From positions 1 through 64,000 of the forward strand of contig JAUCBJ010008699.1 in NCBI GenBank assembly GCA_032718475.1: a stretch of 64,000 nt of DNA. Reading direction: 5' to 3'. The notes below the pieces were generated by a model. The model was not told where the DNA came from and made no database searches. It saw only the letters and a program-made list of their open reading frames with translations. The stretch's first letter is position 1. The number at the start of each line of letters is the position of its first letter. Shown here piece by piece: positions 39,181 to 52,700 of the stretch. Position numbers and translations under genes: made by a program. This DNA comes from Nemertoderma westbladi. Taxonomy: Eukaryota; Animalia; Xenacoelomorpha.

Positions 39181-40011
39181 TAATGGAACATTAATATTTA
39201 TCTACGTATTGTATTATTACTCAACTATACAGTTCTCTATTTAATTTAAATCAATTAAATAAAGTAAAAGTAATACAATTAAATAAATTAAAATTAAATA
39301 CAAATAAATAAGTACCAATAAATAAAAGAGCAGAGGTGTCACTTATGACACCCGTTTGGGCCTCTAGGTGATGGTTAGACATCACTCATGACCCTTTGGG
39401 TGTTAGGGCACTACAGTAATCAGTCTGATTAATTAGGATAATCAATTAAAACCCTAATTAGACGTCGTAAGACATCTATTAGGGATTAAATGTACTAATT
39501 AATTGATGACACCCGTCAATTAGGGTCTAATTAGCCTAATTGGGAGATTGTCACCCAGACAGTCTGGTGCCAATGACACCCAATGACACCCTAGGTGTCA
39601 CATTCATAAGTGATGAGTCATGAGTGGGGTCTAAGTGTCACCGAACCACCCAAACACCTACTAATTTCGGGTTACCTCCTGTGCACATTCAACTGGAGAA
39701 CAAGTTGTTTTTAAACTTTTACTTTCCTAAATTCTAAATATTGATAGGGCCTATAGCATCTACATAATTATTAATTTATTATTTAATTATTAATTCATTA
39801 TTTCAATAATTTATTTTGTATTTTATTTCAAAAACGTTAATAAATGAATTATTTCGACTTCTCATCGTCTTCTAAAAATAATAATAAAATAATCCGGCTG
39901 GATATCGGTTAATAATTCCACCCAAACAGATAGGATATCCGGATATAATATTACATATTGAGTAGAGAACAGATAGGCCAGCAACTGAACGGGTGTGATT
40001 ATTTGTCGCAG

Positions 40012-40531
40012 GTACGCGCGCTCCGCTATAGATCCGTTGCTAGACGACCAGGCGGCCCAGCTGCTGGTCCAGAAGTATGTTGAGATGCGTAAAGCGGGCG
40101 CCGGTCGAGGTCAGGTGTCCGCATATCCAAGGCAACTGGAGTCCCTGATCCGACTGTCGGAGGCCCACGCGCGGATGCGGTTGAGCGGCTCGGTGGAGGT
40201 CTGCGACGTGGAGGAGGCCCACCGGTTGCACCGGGAGGCCTTGAAGCAGTCGGCGGTGGACCCGGTCACCGGAATAGTCGATATCAACATCCTCACCACC
40301 GGAATGACAGTGACGGCTCGCAAGGCCCAGGGGGTGCTCGCCCGCGAGGTGCTGGCAGTCCTCAAGGAGTGCAGACACACGGTGGTGTCGCGGAAAGACG
40401 CCTTCAAGTTGCTCAACGAGAAAACCGAGCGAACCAATCAGAAGGCGATGTTTGAGGAAGCCTTGAGGATCCTTCAGGACGATGACCATATCATTATGAG
40501 TAACCAGAACATTCGTATTCTTAGTAAATAG
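40012..40531 (+). CDS. MCM4: MCM4 coding exon 4 (AAA lid and C-terminal winged helix)
   Basis: Acceptor tcgcAG at 40010-40011 restores KDYLG|YAR; SAYPRQLESLIRLSEAHA and ALKQSAVDPVTGIVDINILTTG; TAG stop. Confidence 0.95.
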
Positions 40532-42702
40532 TCTTCATTAATCCACAGTGGGGGTCAGTCGATATCAGTTGGATGACGTCACCATGTAGTCAGGGAGACG
40601 GGTATTAGATTGTCTACCAATCGCCAATAATGCTAATATCAATAATGCAATGAATAATACAGTGAATTTTATGTGAAATAATTCTATTTGTTGTTGATTT
40701 TCTATATAAAGTAGAATGCAGGTTTAATCGTAGTTGAGCGCGACTATAAACTCGATATTATTATTATTGGCACCGCCGAATCGATTGTCGTTGTCACTGA
40801 AACTGCCTTTACTCTATACAATATTACTGTGTCTCGTTATATTTACTATAATTCAACGTTATTGTTATGTTATAATATTGTGTAGACGTACAGTAGGTAT
40901 AATATCTGTTATAGTTTATAACCATTAGTTGTAGATAACAGTGCAATCCATTCTCACAAGTATAAACTCAATGCAATAAATATAGGAGGTACGTTGTTTA
41001 GGATGTATTAACATTTATTGATTAGACTTTTATTAAGATTTATTAACATTTATTTTGGAATATATTAGTTATGATTATAATTTGTAGGAATCAATAATCC
41101 TTATCCAACTCAAAACATTAAAGGATTTATGGGAGTTTTGAGTTATAATTAGTTATTATTATTATTAAATATTACCATTTTTTTGTTCGACATATTTTTA
41201 TCTATCCAGCTATAAAACTTGTTATATTCAATTCGAGTTAATAGGAAAGCCGTTATTGCGAACCGGGGCCACTAATTTTAAGCGAAATTATTTGTTATTA
41301 ATATTTAGAAATTTTACTATAATTCGTCGCTGTCCATCTCAAACTCGAGTATTTTCTATAATAAATTTATTATAAATATTACACTAGTTTCTATATAAGC
41401 TAGGAGTCTGTAATATTTACTATTATTATTATTATAGTTTGTCTCTTGTTTTATATTCTTGGTGAGTGGCTTCTTGTTTACATAAACATCAATATATTAA
41501 ACCAAATAAATATTTGTTTTATGTTATATAATATTATACTATTTTTCTACCTCTACCCAATATTTTCACTTCATCCAACTGCAATAGAAATCAAAATTAA
41601 TCTGTCACGTGTAACTTTAGTTTATTGTTTTGGTTAGAATAAGGTGCCACTGTTATTGGAAAGTACATTAAAAAGTATATAAGACAATCACCAAACTTAC
41701 TTCATAAGAAAAATTACAAATCGAAATGATATATTGGCCTTCTATCTACATAAACTGAAAGTAAATGGGCCGTACGGCGTTACGTAATCACAAAAAGCGA
41801 CCTGATTACGATGCCATTTTATATGAAATCCCTTTAATAAGTAACTTCCCAAAAAAGTTATTAAGATTTTTTTACATATTAATAATCCTGAATAATGTAG
41901 CTTTCAAATGAACTATAAATTATAAAGTGCCGTGTACGAGATCGAGAGTTACATTTGTTTTAATACACAAAATCAACTAAATTACTCATCAATCGATTTT
42001 TTGCAAATTAAATATTCTAGCTCGCCAGTTAGTAGCCAATGAGAGTCCAGGATTCCCATTAACAATGATTGTTTAAGGCCGCCGCCAGGTTAATGCTTGT
42101 AGTATGGAGTGTAGCGCTATAGAGGAGAATTAATCTTATTGAGTTGAATCGGCAAAGTTCAATTACATTATAATTCGCTTAGGATATTTTTTGTTGTTCT
42201 GGATTGCGGTTTTTAATATAACTATTTAAAGTTGATGCAATAAAGACTTTCTGCCGCTATATTTCACTTTGCAGTTACCCCCATGTGAAGAATACCAGGT
42301 TTTCACCAAAAACACAGGTTACAAAAGGATAACTTTTCTCTGAGAGTTTGAAAACTGGGCTGTGATATTTTATTTTAATAGAAAATCGAATTTTATATAA
42401 ATAAATATAATTCAAACTCAACATTCTCTTGCCCTGGAAGTCTGTAAATCTGGGCGTCCAGTAAACGTGTAGTCTGCCTATTTGTCTGTTCCAAAGTCTT
42501 CCCGGGCGTCCGGGTGTCCGGACGCCTGGGCACTATAATGCCCGGACATCCTAAAATCCTTCAAATTGTCCGGATTTCCGAGCAAATTTCTCCAACAAGT
42601 ATAACAAGTACAAATACAAGTATAAGTTATAGTACTAGTACTAGTACAATTACAAGTACAAGTACAATTCCAAGTACAATTACAAGTACAAGTACATGTA
42701 CA

Positions 42703-44687
42703 TGTACATGTCAAAATGTCAATTCAAAAGTGACATTTTGGCAAAATGACATGGCAAAATGTCAACTTGAAAATGACATTTTGGCAAAATTACATGTCAA
42801 GATGTCAATTCGAAAGTGACATTTTGGCAAATGACATGTTAAAATGTCAATTTGAAAGTGACATTTTGGCAAATTGACATGTAAAAATGTCAATTTGAAA
42901 GTGACATTTTGACAAAATGACATGTCAAACTGTCAATTCGAAAGTGACATTTTGGCAAAATGACATGTCAAAATTTCAATTCGAAAGTGACATTTTGGCA
43001 AAATGACATGTCAAAATGTCAATTCGAAAGTGACATTTTGGCAAATGACATGTCAAAATGTCAATTTGAAAGTGACATTTTGTCAAAATGACATGTCATA
43101 ATGTCAATTCGAAACTGACATTTTGGCAAAATGACATGTCACAATGTCAATTCGAAAGTGACATTTTGGCAAAATGACATGTCAAAATGTCAATTCGAAG
43201 TGACATTTTGGCAAAATGACATGTCAAACTGTCAATTTGAAAGTGACATATTGACACATTGACATTTTGGCAAAAATGACATGTCAAAATGTCAATTCGA
43301 AAGTGACATTTTGGCAAATGACATGTCAAAATGTCAATTTGAAAGTGACATTTTGTTAAAATGACATGTCACAATGTCAATTCGAAAGTGACATTTTGGC
43401 AAAATGACATGTCAAAATGTCAATTCAAAGTGACATTTTGGCAAAATGACATGTCAAACTGTCAATTTGAAAGTGACATATTGACACATTGACATTTTGG
43501 CAAAATGACATGTCAAAATGTCAATTCGAAAGTGACATTTTGGCAAATGACATGTCAATTTGAAAGTGACATTTTGTCAAAATGACATGTCAAAATGTCA
43601 ATTTGAAAGTGACATTTTGACAAAATGACATGTCAAACTGTCAATTCGAAAGTGACATTTTGGCAAAATGACATGTCAAAATGTCAATTCGAAAGTGACA
43701 TTTTGGCAAATGACATGTCAAAATGTCAATTTGAAAGTGACATTTTGTCAAAATGACATGTCACAATGTCAATTCAAAAGTGACATTTTGGCAAATGACA
43801 TGTTAAAATGTCAATTTGAAAGTGACATTTTGGCAAAATGACATGTAAAAATGTCAATTTGAAAGTGACATTTTGACAAAATGACATGTCAAACTGTCAA
43901 TTCGAAAGTGACATTTTGGCAAATGACTGTAAAAATGTCAATTCGAAAGTGACATTTTGGCAAAATGACATGTAAAAATGTCAATTTGAAAGTGACATAT
44001 TGACAAAATGACATGTCAAACTGTCAATTCGAAAGTGACATTTTGGCAAAATGACATGTCAAACTGTCAATTTGAAAGTGACATATTGACACATATTGAC
44101 ATTTTGGCAAAATAACATGTCAAAATGTCAATTCGAAAGTGACATTTTAGCAAATCACATGTCAAAATGTCAATTTGAAAGTGACATTTTGACAAAATGA
44201 CATGTCAAAATGTCAATTTGAAAGCGACATTTTGACAAAATGACATGTCAAAATGTAAATTTGAAAGTGACATTTTGGCAAAATGACATGTCAATATGTC
44301 AACTTGAAAGTGACATTTTCACAAAATGACATGTCAAACTGTCAATTTGAAAGTGACATATTGACACATATTGACATTTTGGCAAAATAACATGTCAAAA
44401 TGTCAATTCGAAAGTGACATTTTAGCAAATGACATGTCAAAATGTCAATTTGAAAGTGACATTTTGACAAAATGACATGTCAAAATGTCAATTTGAAAGC
44501 GACATTTTGGCAAAATGACATGTCAAAATGTCAATTTGAAAGTGACATTTTGGCAAAATGACATGTCAAAATGTAACTTGAAAGTGACATTTTGACAAAA
44601 TGACATGTCAAACTATCAATATGAAAGTGTCATATTGACACATTGACTTTTTGGCAAAATGACATGTCAAAATGTCATTTTGACAAA
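42703..44687. repeat. Quasi-palindromic ~43-bp satellite GTGACATTTTGGCAAAATGACATGTCAAAATGTCAATTCGAAA
   Basis: Directly visible tandem array. Confidence 0.97.
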
Positions 44688-46500
44688 CATAGCATAGCAT
44701 AACATAGCATATCATAGCTTAACATAGCACAGCATAGCACAGCATAGCATAGCATAGCATAGCATAGCATAGCATAGCATAGCATAGCATAGCATAGCAT
44801 AGTATAGCATAGCATAGCATAGCATAGCATAGCATAGCATAGCATAGCATCGCATAGCATATCATAGCATAGCATAACCCATAACATAGCATAGCATAGC
44901 ATAGCATAGCATGGCATAGCATAGCATAGCATAGCATAGCATAACATAACATGATAGCATAGTATAACATAGCATAGCATAGCATAGCATAGCATAGCAT
45001 AGCATAGCATAGCATAGCATAGCATTACATAGCATAGCATAGCATAGCATAGCATAACATAGCTTCGCATAGCATATCATAGCATAGCATAGCATAGCAT
45101 AGCATAGCATAGCATAGCATAGCATAGCATAACATAGCGTAGCATAGCACAACATAATATATGATAGCATAGCATAACATAGCATAGCATAACGTGACAT
45201 ATAGCATAACATATAACATAGCATATAACATATAGCATAGCATATAGCATAGCATATAGCATTGCATATAGTATCGCATATAGCATAGCATATAGCATAG
45301 CATGTGACAAAATGATTGATATTGATAATTAATTGATAATATAGCATATAGCATAGCATATATCATATAGCATAGCATAACATATAGCATAGCATATAGC
45401 ATAACATGGCATATAGCATAACATATAACATATAGCATATGACATATAGCATATAGCATAGCATGTAGCATAACGTGGCATATATCATAACATAGAACAT
45501 ATAGCATATAGCATATCATATAGCATATCATATAGCATACCATATAGCATATCATATAGCATATAGCATAGCATATAGCATAAAGTATAGCATATAGCAT
45601 AGCATATATCATAGCATATAGCATAGCATATATCATAGCATATAGCATAGCATATATCATAGCATATAGCATAGCATATAGCATATAGCATAGCATGTAC
45701 TATAGCATATAACACAACATGGCATATAGTATAACATATAACAAATAGCATATGACATATAACATATAGCATAGCATATAGCATAACGTGGCATATAGCA
45801 TAACATAGAACATATAGCATATAGCATATCATATAGCATACCATATAGCATATAGCATAATATGGCATATAGCATAACATGTAACATATAGCATAACATA
45901 TAATATATAACATATAACATATAGCATAGCATGTAGCACAGCATATAGCATAGCATATAGCACAGCATATAGCATAGCATATAGCATAGCATATAGCATA
46001 GCATGTACTATAGCATAATATATAGCATATGACATATAGCTTAAAACATATAGCATATATCATAGCATATATCATATAGAATAGCATATAGCACAGCATA
46101 TAGCATAGCATGTACTATAGCATAACATATAACATATAGCATATAGCATAGCATATAGTATAGAATATAGCATAGCATATAGCATAGCATGTGCTATAGC
46201 ATAACATATAACATATAGCATATAGTATAGCATATAGCATATAGTATAGCATATAGCATAGCATATGACAAAATGATTGATATTGATAATTAATTGATAA
46301 TATAGCATATAGCATATAAAATATAACATATAGCATATAACATATAGCATAGCATATAGCATAGCATATAGCATAGCATGTACTATAGCATAACATATAA
46401 CATATCGCTTATAGCATATCGCATATAGCATAGCATATACCATACCATATAGCATATCGCAGAGAATGTACTATAGCATATAACATGAAATATAGCATAT
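44688..46500. repeat. (TAGCA)n / (TAGCATA)n microsatellite, degenerating distally
   Basis: Directly visible; source of the spurious MLCYA ORFs. Confidence 0.97.
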
Positions 46501-46504
46501 AACA

Positions 46505-46810
46505 TTAAGTGTACTGCATCGTTATGAAGTGCACTACTAACACCTTTATGAAGTGCACTACACCTTTATGAAGTGCACTGCGCCGTTATAAAGTACACTG
46601 CACCGTTATGAAGTGCACTCGTTATTAAGTGCACTGCGCCGTTATGTAGGGCATTCGTTATTAAGTACACTGCACCGTTATGAAGTGCACTCGTTATTAA
46701 GTGCACTGCGCTGTTATGTAGGGCATTCGTTATTAAGTACACTGCGCCGTTATGTAGGGCATTCGTTATTAAGAGCACTGCACCGTTATGTAGTGCACTC
46801 GTTATTAATT
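46505..46810. repeat. 36-bp minisatellite with GTGCAC core
   Basis: GTGCACTGCGCCGTTATGTAGGGCATTCGTTATTAA-like units; also at 55330-55580. Confidence 0.9.
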
Positions 46811-46854
46811 GAAATTCTCGTAAGAACACCTTTCATTTAAATTTGATTGTCATT

Positions 46855-47150
46855 TCAAAAGCCCTTCCCAAAATTAGCCATAATTTACTGAAATAACTTG
46901 TCATTTAAATTTATTTGCCCGGGTTAATCAACTTAAAATCAGACAAATATTCAACTGTATTAAATAATAAATTGCCAACACAAAAGCCCTTCCGTTAATT
47001 AGCCATAATTTATCGAAATAACTTGTCATTTAAATTTATTTGCCCGGGTTAATCAACTTAAAATCAGACAAATATTCAACTGTATTAAATAATAAATTGC
47101 CAACACAAAAGCCCTTCCCAAAATTAGCCATAATTTATCGAAATAACTTC
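46855..47150. repeat. 125-bp tandem repeat (~2.4 copies)
   Basis: GCCCTTCC recurs at 46861, 46986 and 47111. Confidence 0.9.
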
Positions 47151-48057
47151 CGATTTTTTTCAAAAATCACCATCGATTTTCATTTTCGCGCCTTCTAACC
47201 GACACCACGAGATAGAGCATAAAAAATATATTTTAAGGAAATGATCCCCAAAAACAGTTAGAATCGCCTGGCGACACCGCTAACACCTCCTCACCCCTCT
47301 ATAGTGCATTTCAAGTGTAATTATTTATTGATGGGGAAAATATTTACAAGAGAATTAATTTACAGGCAATATTGAGCTGAGCTGCCTGCATTGTATGTGT
47401 TGTAGGAGGCGCCAGCCGGGCTGGACGGCTGGGATACAATGTGCTGTGCTTCAGCATTGTGTGGACGGGTTGGTTTGGTTCACTCAAGGTAAATAATTTC
47501 ATATTCTAGAACATATTACCATGGAAACTAACCAACCAAGGCCAAGGCCTCAGCCACCCACGTCAAGCAACATATTATTATTATACATTAACGTATACAT
47601 TGCCTTTGCTTGAACAACCAATAATTGTTATACCGTCTTATTATTGGATAGCGCGGCTTCACACAAAGACACAAGGTCAATGGCCAGACATTTGTTCGCT
47701 TTGTATTACAGACACCAACACCAATATATAATAAGCGCTGCTTCCTCAGTAGCTGAATATATTATAAGTTACGTTTAACAAAGTTTCTTATTTAAAATAG
47801 CTTTGGTTTAAAGTTTAATTACAATTGATTATTTAGAGGTTAGATTTACTGTTTATTCACAACATTACCAGCAAACCGTTCGCAATGAATTATTTATTAA
47901 AGTGTTGGGACGTCTGGCTTGCAATTATTGTTACAACAGGTAATTATTCATTCCTACATTATATGTGTTTGTTTATTATAAAATAATGTGTTTGTGTTTA
48001 ATGATATTTAATTATATTAGATTTTTAATTAATTGTTTTCTCCAGGTTGAAATTGGG

Positions 48058-48106
48058 ACGCTGCTGTCCCGGTTCGATCTTATATTCCTGATGCTGGACC
48101 CCCAAG
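48058..48106 (+). pseudogene. MCM4: 49-bp MCM4 exon 3 fragment ([16 protein letters not shown])
   Basis: Matches 25805-25853 with two substitutions; lies at the copy 1/copy 2 junction. Confidence 0.9.
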
Positions 48107-49782
48107 TCATTTATTTATTAACATTTATTTTGGAATATATTAGTTATGATTATAATTTGTAGGAATCAATAATCCTTATCCAACTCAAAACATTAAAGGA
48201 TTTATGGGAGTTTTGAGTTATAATTAGTTATTATTATTATTAAATATTACCATTTTTTTGTTCGACATATTTTTATCTATCCAGCTATAAAACTTGTTAT
48301 ATTCAATTGGAGTTAATAGGAAAGCCGTTATTGCGAACCGGGGCCACTAATTTTAAGCGAAATTATTTGTTATTAATATTTAGAAATTTTACTATAATTC
48401 GTCGCTGTCCGTCTCAAACTCGAGTATTTTCTATAATAAATTTATTATAAATATTAAACTAGTTTCTATATAAGCTAGGAGTCTGTAATATTTACTATTA
48501 TTATTATTATAGTTTGTCTCTTGTTTTATATTCTTGGTGAGTGGCTTCTTGTTTACATAAACATCAATATATTAAACCAAATAAATATGTTTTATGTTAT
48601 ATAATATTATACTATTTTTCTACCTCTACCCAATATTTTCACTTCATCCAACTGCAATAGAAATCAAAATTAATCTGTCACGTGTAACTTTAGTTTATTG
48701 TTTTGGTTAGAATAAGGTGCCACTGTTATTGGAAAGTACATTAAAAAGTATATAAGACAATCACCAAACTTACTTCATAAGAAAAATTACAAATCGAAAT
48801 GATATATTGGCCTTCTATCTACATAAACTGAAAGTAAATGGGCCGTACGGCGTTATGTAATCACAAAAAGCGACCTGATTACGATGCCATTTTATATGAA
48901 ATCCCTTTAATAAGTAACTTCCCAAAAAAGTTATTAAGATTTTTTTACATATTAATAATCCTGAATAATGTAGCTTTCAAATGAACTATAAATTATAAAG
49001 TGCCGTGTACGAGATCGAGAGTTACATTTGTTTTAATACACAAAATCAACTAAATTACTCATCAATTGATTTTTTGCAAATTAAATATTCTAGCTCGCCA
49101 GTCAGTAGCCAATGAGAGTCCAGGATTCCCATTAACAATGATTGTTTAAGGCCGCCGCCAGGTTAATGCTTGTAGTATGGAGTGTAGCGCTATAGAGGAG
49201 AATTAATCTTATTGAGTTGAATCGGCAAAGTTCAATTACATTATAATTCGCTTAGGATATTTTGTTGTTCTGGATTGCGGTTTTTAATATAACTATTTAA
49301 AGTTGATGCAATAAAGACTTTCTGCCGCTCTATTTCACTTTGCAGTTACCCCCATGTGAAGAATACCAGGTTTTCACCAAAAACACAGGTTACAAAAAGG
49401 ATAACTTTTCTCTGAGAGTTTGAAAACTGGGCTGTGATATTTTATTTTAATAGAAAATCGAATTTTATATAAATAAATATAATTCAAACTCAACATTATC
49501 TTGCCCTGGAAGTCTGTAAATCTGGGCGTCCAGTAAACGTGTCTGTCTGCCTATTTGTCTGTTCCAAAGTCTTCCCGGGCGTCCGGATGTCCGGACGCCT
49601 GGGCACTATAATGCCCGGACATCCTAAAATCCTTCAAATTGTCCGGATTTCCGAGCAAATTTGTCCAACAAGTATAACAAGTACAAATACAAGTATAAGT
49701 TATAGTACTAGTACTAGTACAATTACAAGTACAAGTACAATTCCAAGTACAATTACAAGTACAAGTACAAGTACATGTACAT

Positions 49783-52700
49783 GTACATGTCAAAATGTCA
49801 ATTCGAAAGTGACATTTTGGCAAAATGACATGGCAAAATGTCAACTTGAAAATGACATTTTTGCAAAATGACATGTCAAAATGTCAATTCGAAAGTGATA
49901 TTTGGGCAAATGACATGTTAAAATGTCAATTTGAAAGTGACATTTTGGCAAAATGACATGTAAAAATGTCAATTTGAAAGTGACATTTTGACAAAATGAC
50001 ATGTCAAACTGTCAATTCGAAAGTGACATTTTGGCAAAATGACATGTCAAAATGTCAATTCGAAAGTGACATTTTGGCAAAATGACATGGCAAAATGTCA
50101 ACTTGAAAATGACATTTTGGCAAAATGACATGTCAAAATGTCAATTCGAAAGTGACATTTTGGCAAAAGGACATGTCAAAATGTCAATTTGAAAGTGACA
50201 TATTGACACATTGACATTTTGGCAAAATGACATGTCAAAATGTCAATTCGAAAGTGACATTTTGGCAAATAACATGTCAAAATGTCAATTTGAAAGTGAC
50301 ATTTTGTCAAAATGACATGTCACAATGTCAATTCGAAAGTGACATTTTGGCAAAATGACATGTCAAAATGTCAATTCGAAGTGACATTTTGGCAAAATGA
50401 CATGTCAAACTGTCAATTTGAAAGTGACATATTGACACATTGACATTTTGGCAAAATGACATGTCAAAATGTCAATTCGAAAGTGACATTTTGGCAAATG
50501 ACATGTCAAAATGTCAATTTGAAAGTGACATTTTGTCAAAATGACATGTCATAATGTCAATTCGAAAGTGACATTTTGACAAAATGACATGTCACAATGT
50601 CAATTCGAAAGTGACATTTTGGCAAAATGACATGTCAAAATGTCAATTCGAAGTGACATTTTGGCAAAATGACATGTCAATCTGTCAATTTGAAAGTGAC
50701 ATATTGACACATTGACATTTTGGCAAAATGATATGTCAAAATGTCAATTCGAAAGTGACATTTTGGCAAATGACATGTCAAAATGTCAATTTGAAAGTGA
50801 CATTTTGTCAAAATGACATGTCACAATGTCAATTCGAAAGTGACATTTTGGCAAAATGACATGTCAAAATGTCAATTCGAAGTGACATTTTGGCAAAATG
50901 ACATGTCAAACTGTCAATTTGAAAGTGACATATTGACACATTGACATTTTGGCAAAATGACATGTCAAAATGTCAATTCGAAAGTGACATTTTGGCAGAT
51001 GACATGTCAAAATGTCAATTTGAAAGTGACATTTTGTCAAAATGACATGTCACAATGTCTATTCGAAAGTGACATTTTGGCAAAATGACATGTCAAAATG
51101 TCAATTCGAAGTGACATTTTGGCAAAATGACATGTCAAACTGTCAATTTGAAAGTGACATATTGACACATTGACATTTTGGCAAAATGACATGTCAAAAT
51201 GTCAATTCGAAAGTGACATTTTGGCAAATGACATGTCAAAATGTCAATTTGAAAGTGACATTTTGTCAAAATGACATGTCATAATGTCAATTCGAAAGTG
51301 ACATTTTGGCAAAATGACATGTCAAAATGTCAATTTGAAAGTGACATTTTGGCAAAATGACATGTCAAAATGTCAATTCAAAGTGACATTTTGCCAAAAT
51401 GACATGTCAAAATGTCAATTCGAAGTGACATTTTGGCAAAATGACATGTCAAACTGTCAACTTGAAAGTGACATATTGACACATTGACATTTTGGCAAAA
51501 TGACATGTCAAAATGTCAATTCGAAAGTGACATTTTGGCAAATGACATGTCAAAATGTCAATTTGAAAGTGACATTTTGTCAAAATGACATCTCAAAATG
51601 TCAATTTGAAAGTGACATTTTGACAAAATGACATGTCAAACTGTCAATTCGAAAGTGACATTTTGGCAAAATGACATGTCAAAATGTCAATTTGAAAGTG
51701 ACATTTTGGCAAAAGGACATGTCAGAATGTCAATTTGAAAGTGACATATTGACACATTGACATTTTGGCAAAATGACATGTCAAAATGTCAATTCGAAAG
51801 TGACATTTTGGCAAATAACATGTCAAAATGTCAATTTGAAAGTGACATTTTGTCAAAATGACATGTCACAATGTCAATTCGAAAGTGACATTTTGGCAAA
51901 ATGACATGTCAAAATGTCAATTCGAAGTGACATTTTGGCAAAATGACATGTCAAACTGTCAATTTGAAAGTGACATATTGACACATTGACATTTTGGCAA
52001 AATGACATGTCAAAATGTCAATTCGAAAGTGACATTTTGGCAAATGACATGTCAAAATGTCAATTTGAAAGTGACATTTTGTCAAAATGACATGTCATAA
52101 TGTCAATTCGAAAGTGACATTTTGGCAAAATGACATGTCAAAATGTCAATTTGAAAGTGACATTTTGGCAAAATGACATGTCAAAATGTCAATTCAAAGT
52201 GACATTTTGACAAAATGACATGTCAAACTGTCAATTTGAAAGTGTCATATTGACACATTGACTTTTTGGCAAAATGACATGTCAAAATGTCAATTCGAAA
52301 GTGACATTTTGGCAAATGACATGTCAAAATGTCAATTTGAAAGTGACATTTTGTCAAAATGACATGTCATAATGTCAATTCGAAAGTGACATTTTGGCAA
52401 AATGACATGTCAAAATGTCAATTTGAAAGTGACATTTTGGCAAAATGACATGTCAAAATGTCAATTCAAAGTGACATTTTGCCAAAATGACATGTCAAAA
52501 TGTCAATTCGAAGTGACATTTTGGCAAAATGACATGTCAAACTGTCAACTTGAAAGTGACATATTGACACATTGACATTTTGGCAAAATGACATGTCAAA
52601 ATGTCAATTCGAAAGTGACATTTTGGCAAATGACATGTCAAAATGTCAATTTGAAAGTGACATTTTGTCAAAATGACATGTCATAATGTCAATTCGAAAG

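Larger units (their letters stand above)
26668..39665. mobile_element. Polinton/Maverick-type element shell (non-autonomous, filled with cargo)
   Basis: ~400-bp TIRs (26668-27073 and 39248-39665) starting AGTAGTAGG and ending CCTACTAAT; 6-bp TSD TTCGGG at 26662-26667 and 39666-39671; empty site with a single TTCGGG at 57563-57568. Confidence 0.85.
41038..48106 (+). repeat. Tandem segmental repeat, copy 1 (~7.1 kb)
   Basis: Unique blocks 41038-42700 and 47150-48106 recur at 48113-49780 and 56330-57279. Confidence 0.92.

Noticed and set aside
42478-42819. Thr/Ser- or Thr/Cys-rich ORFs, also at 49539 and 59930
   Set aside because: Translation of TACAAG/TACATG repeats.
44675-46455. Cys/Tyr/Met-rich ORFs (MLCYA)n, also at 53639-55281
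   Set aside because: Translation of the TAGCA microsatellite, open in several frames.
46566-46840. ITSALHNGAVHL repeat protein, also at 55372-55610
   Set aside because: Product of a 36-bp minisatellite; no gene context.
42114-47306. CACTATAGAGG/CGCTATAGAGG short inverted match as Transib or CACTA termini of the satellite cassette
   Set aside because: Only ~13 bp with mismatches and no TSD.
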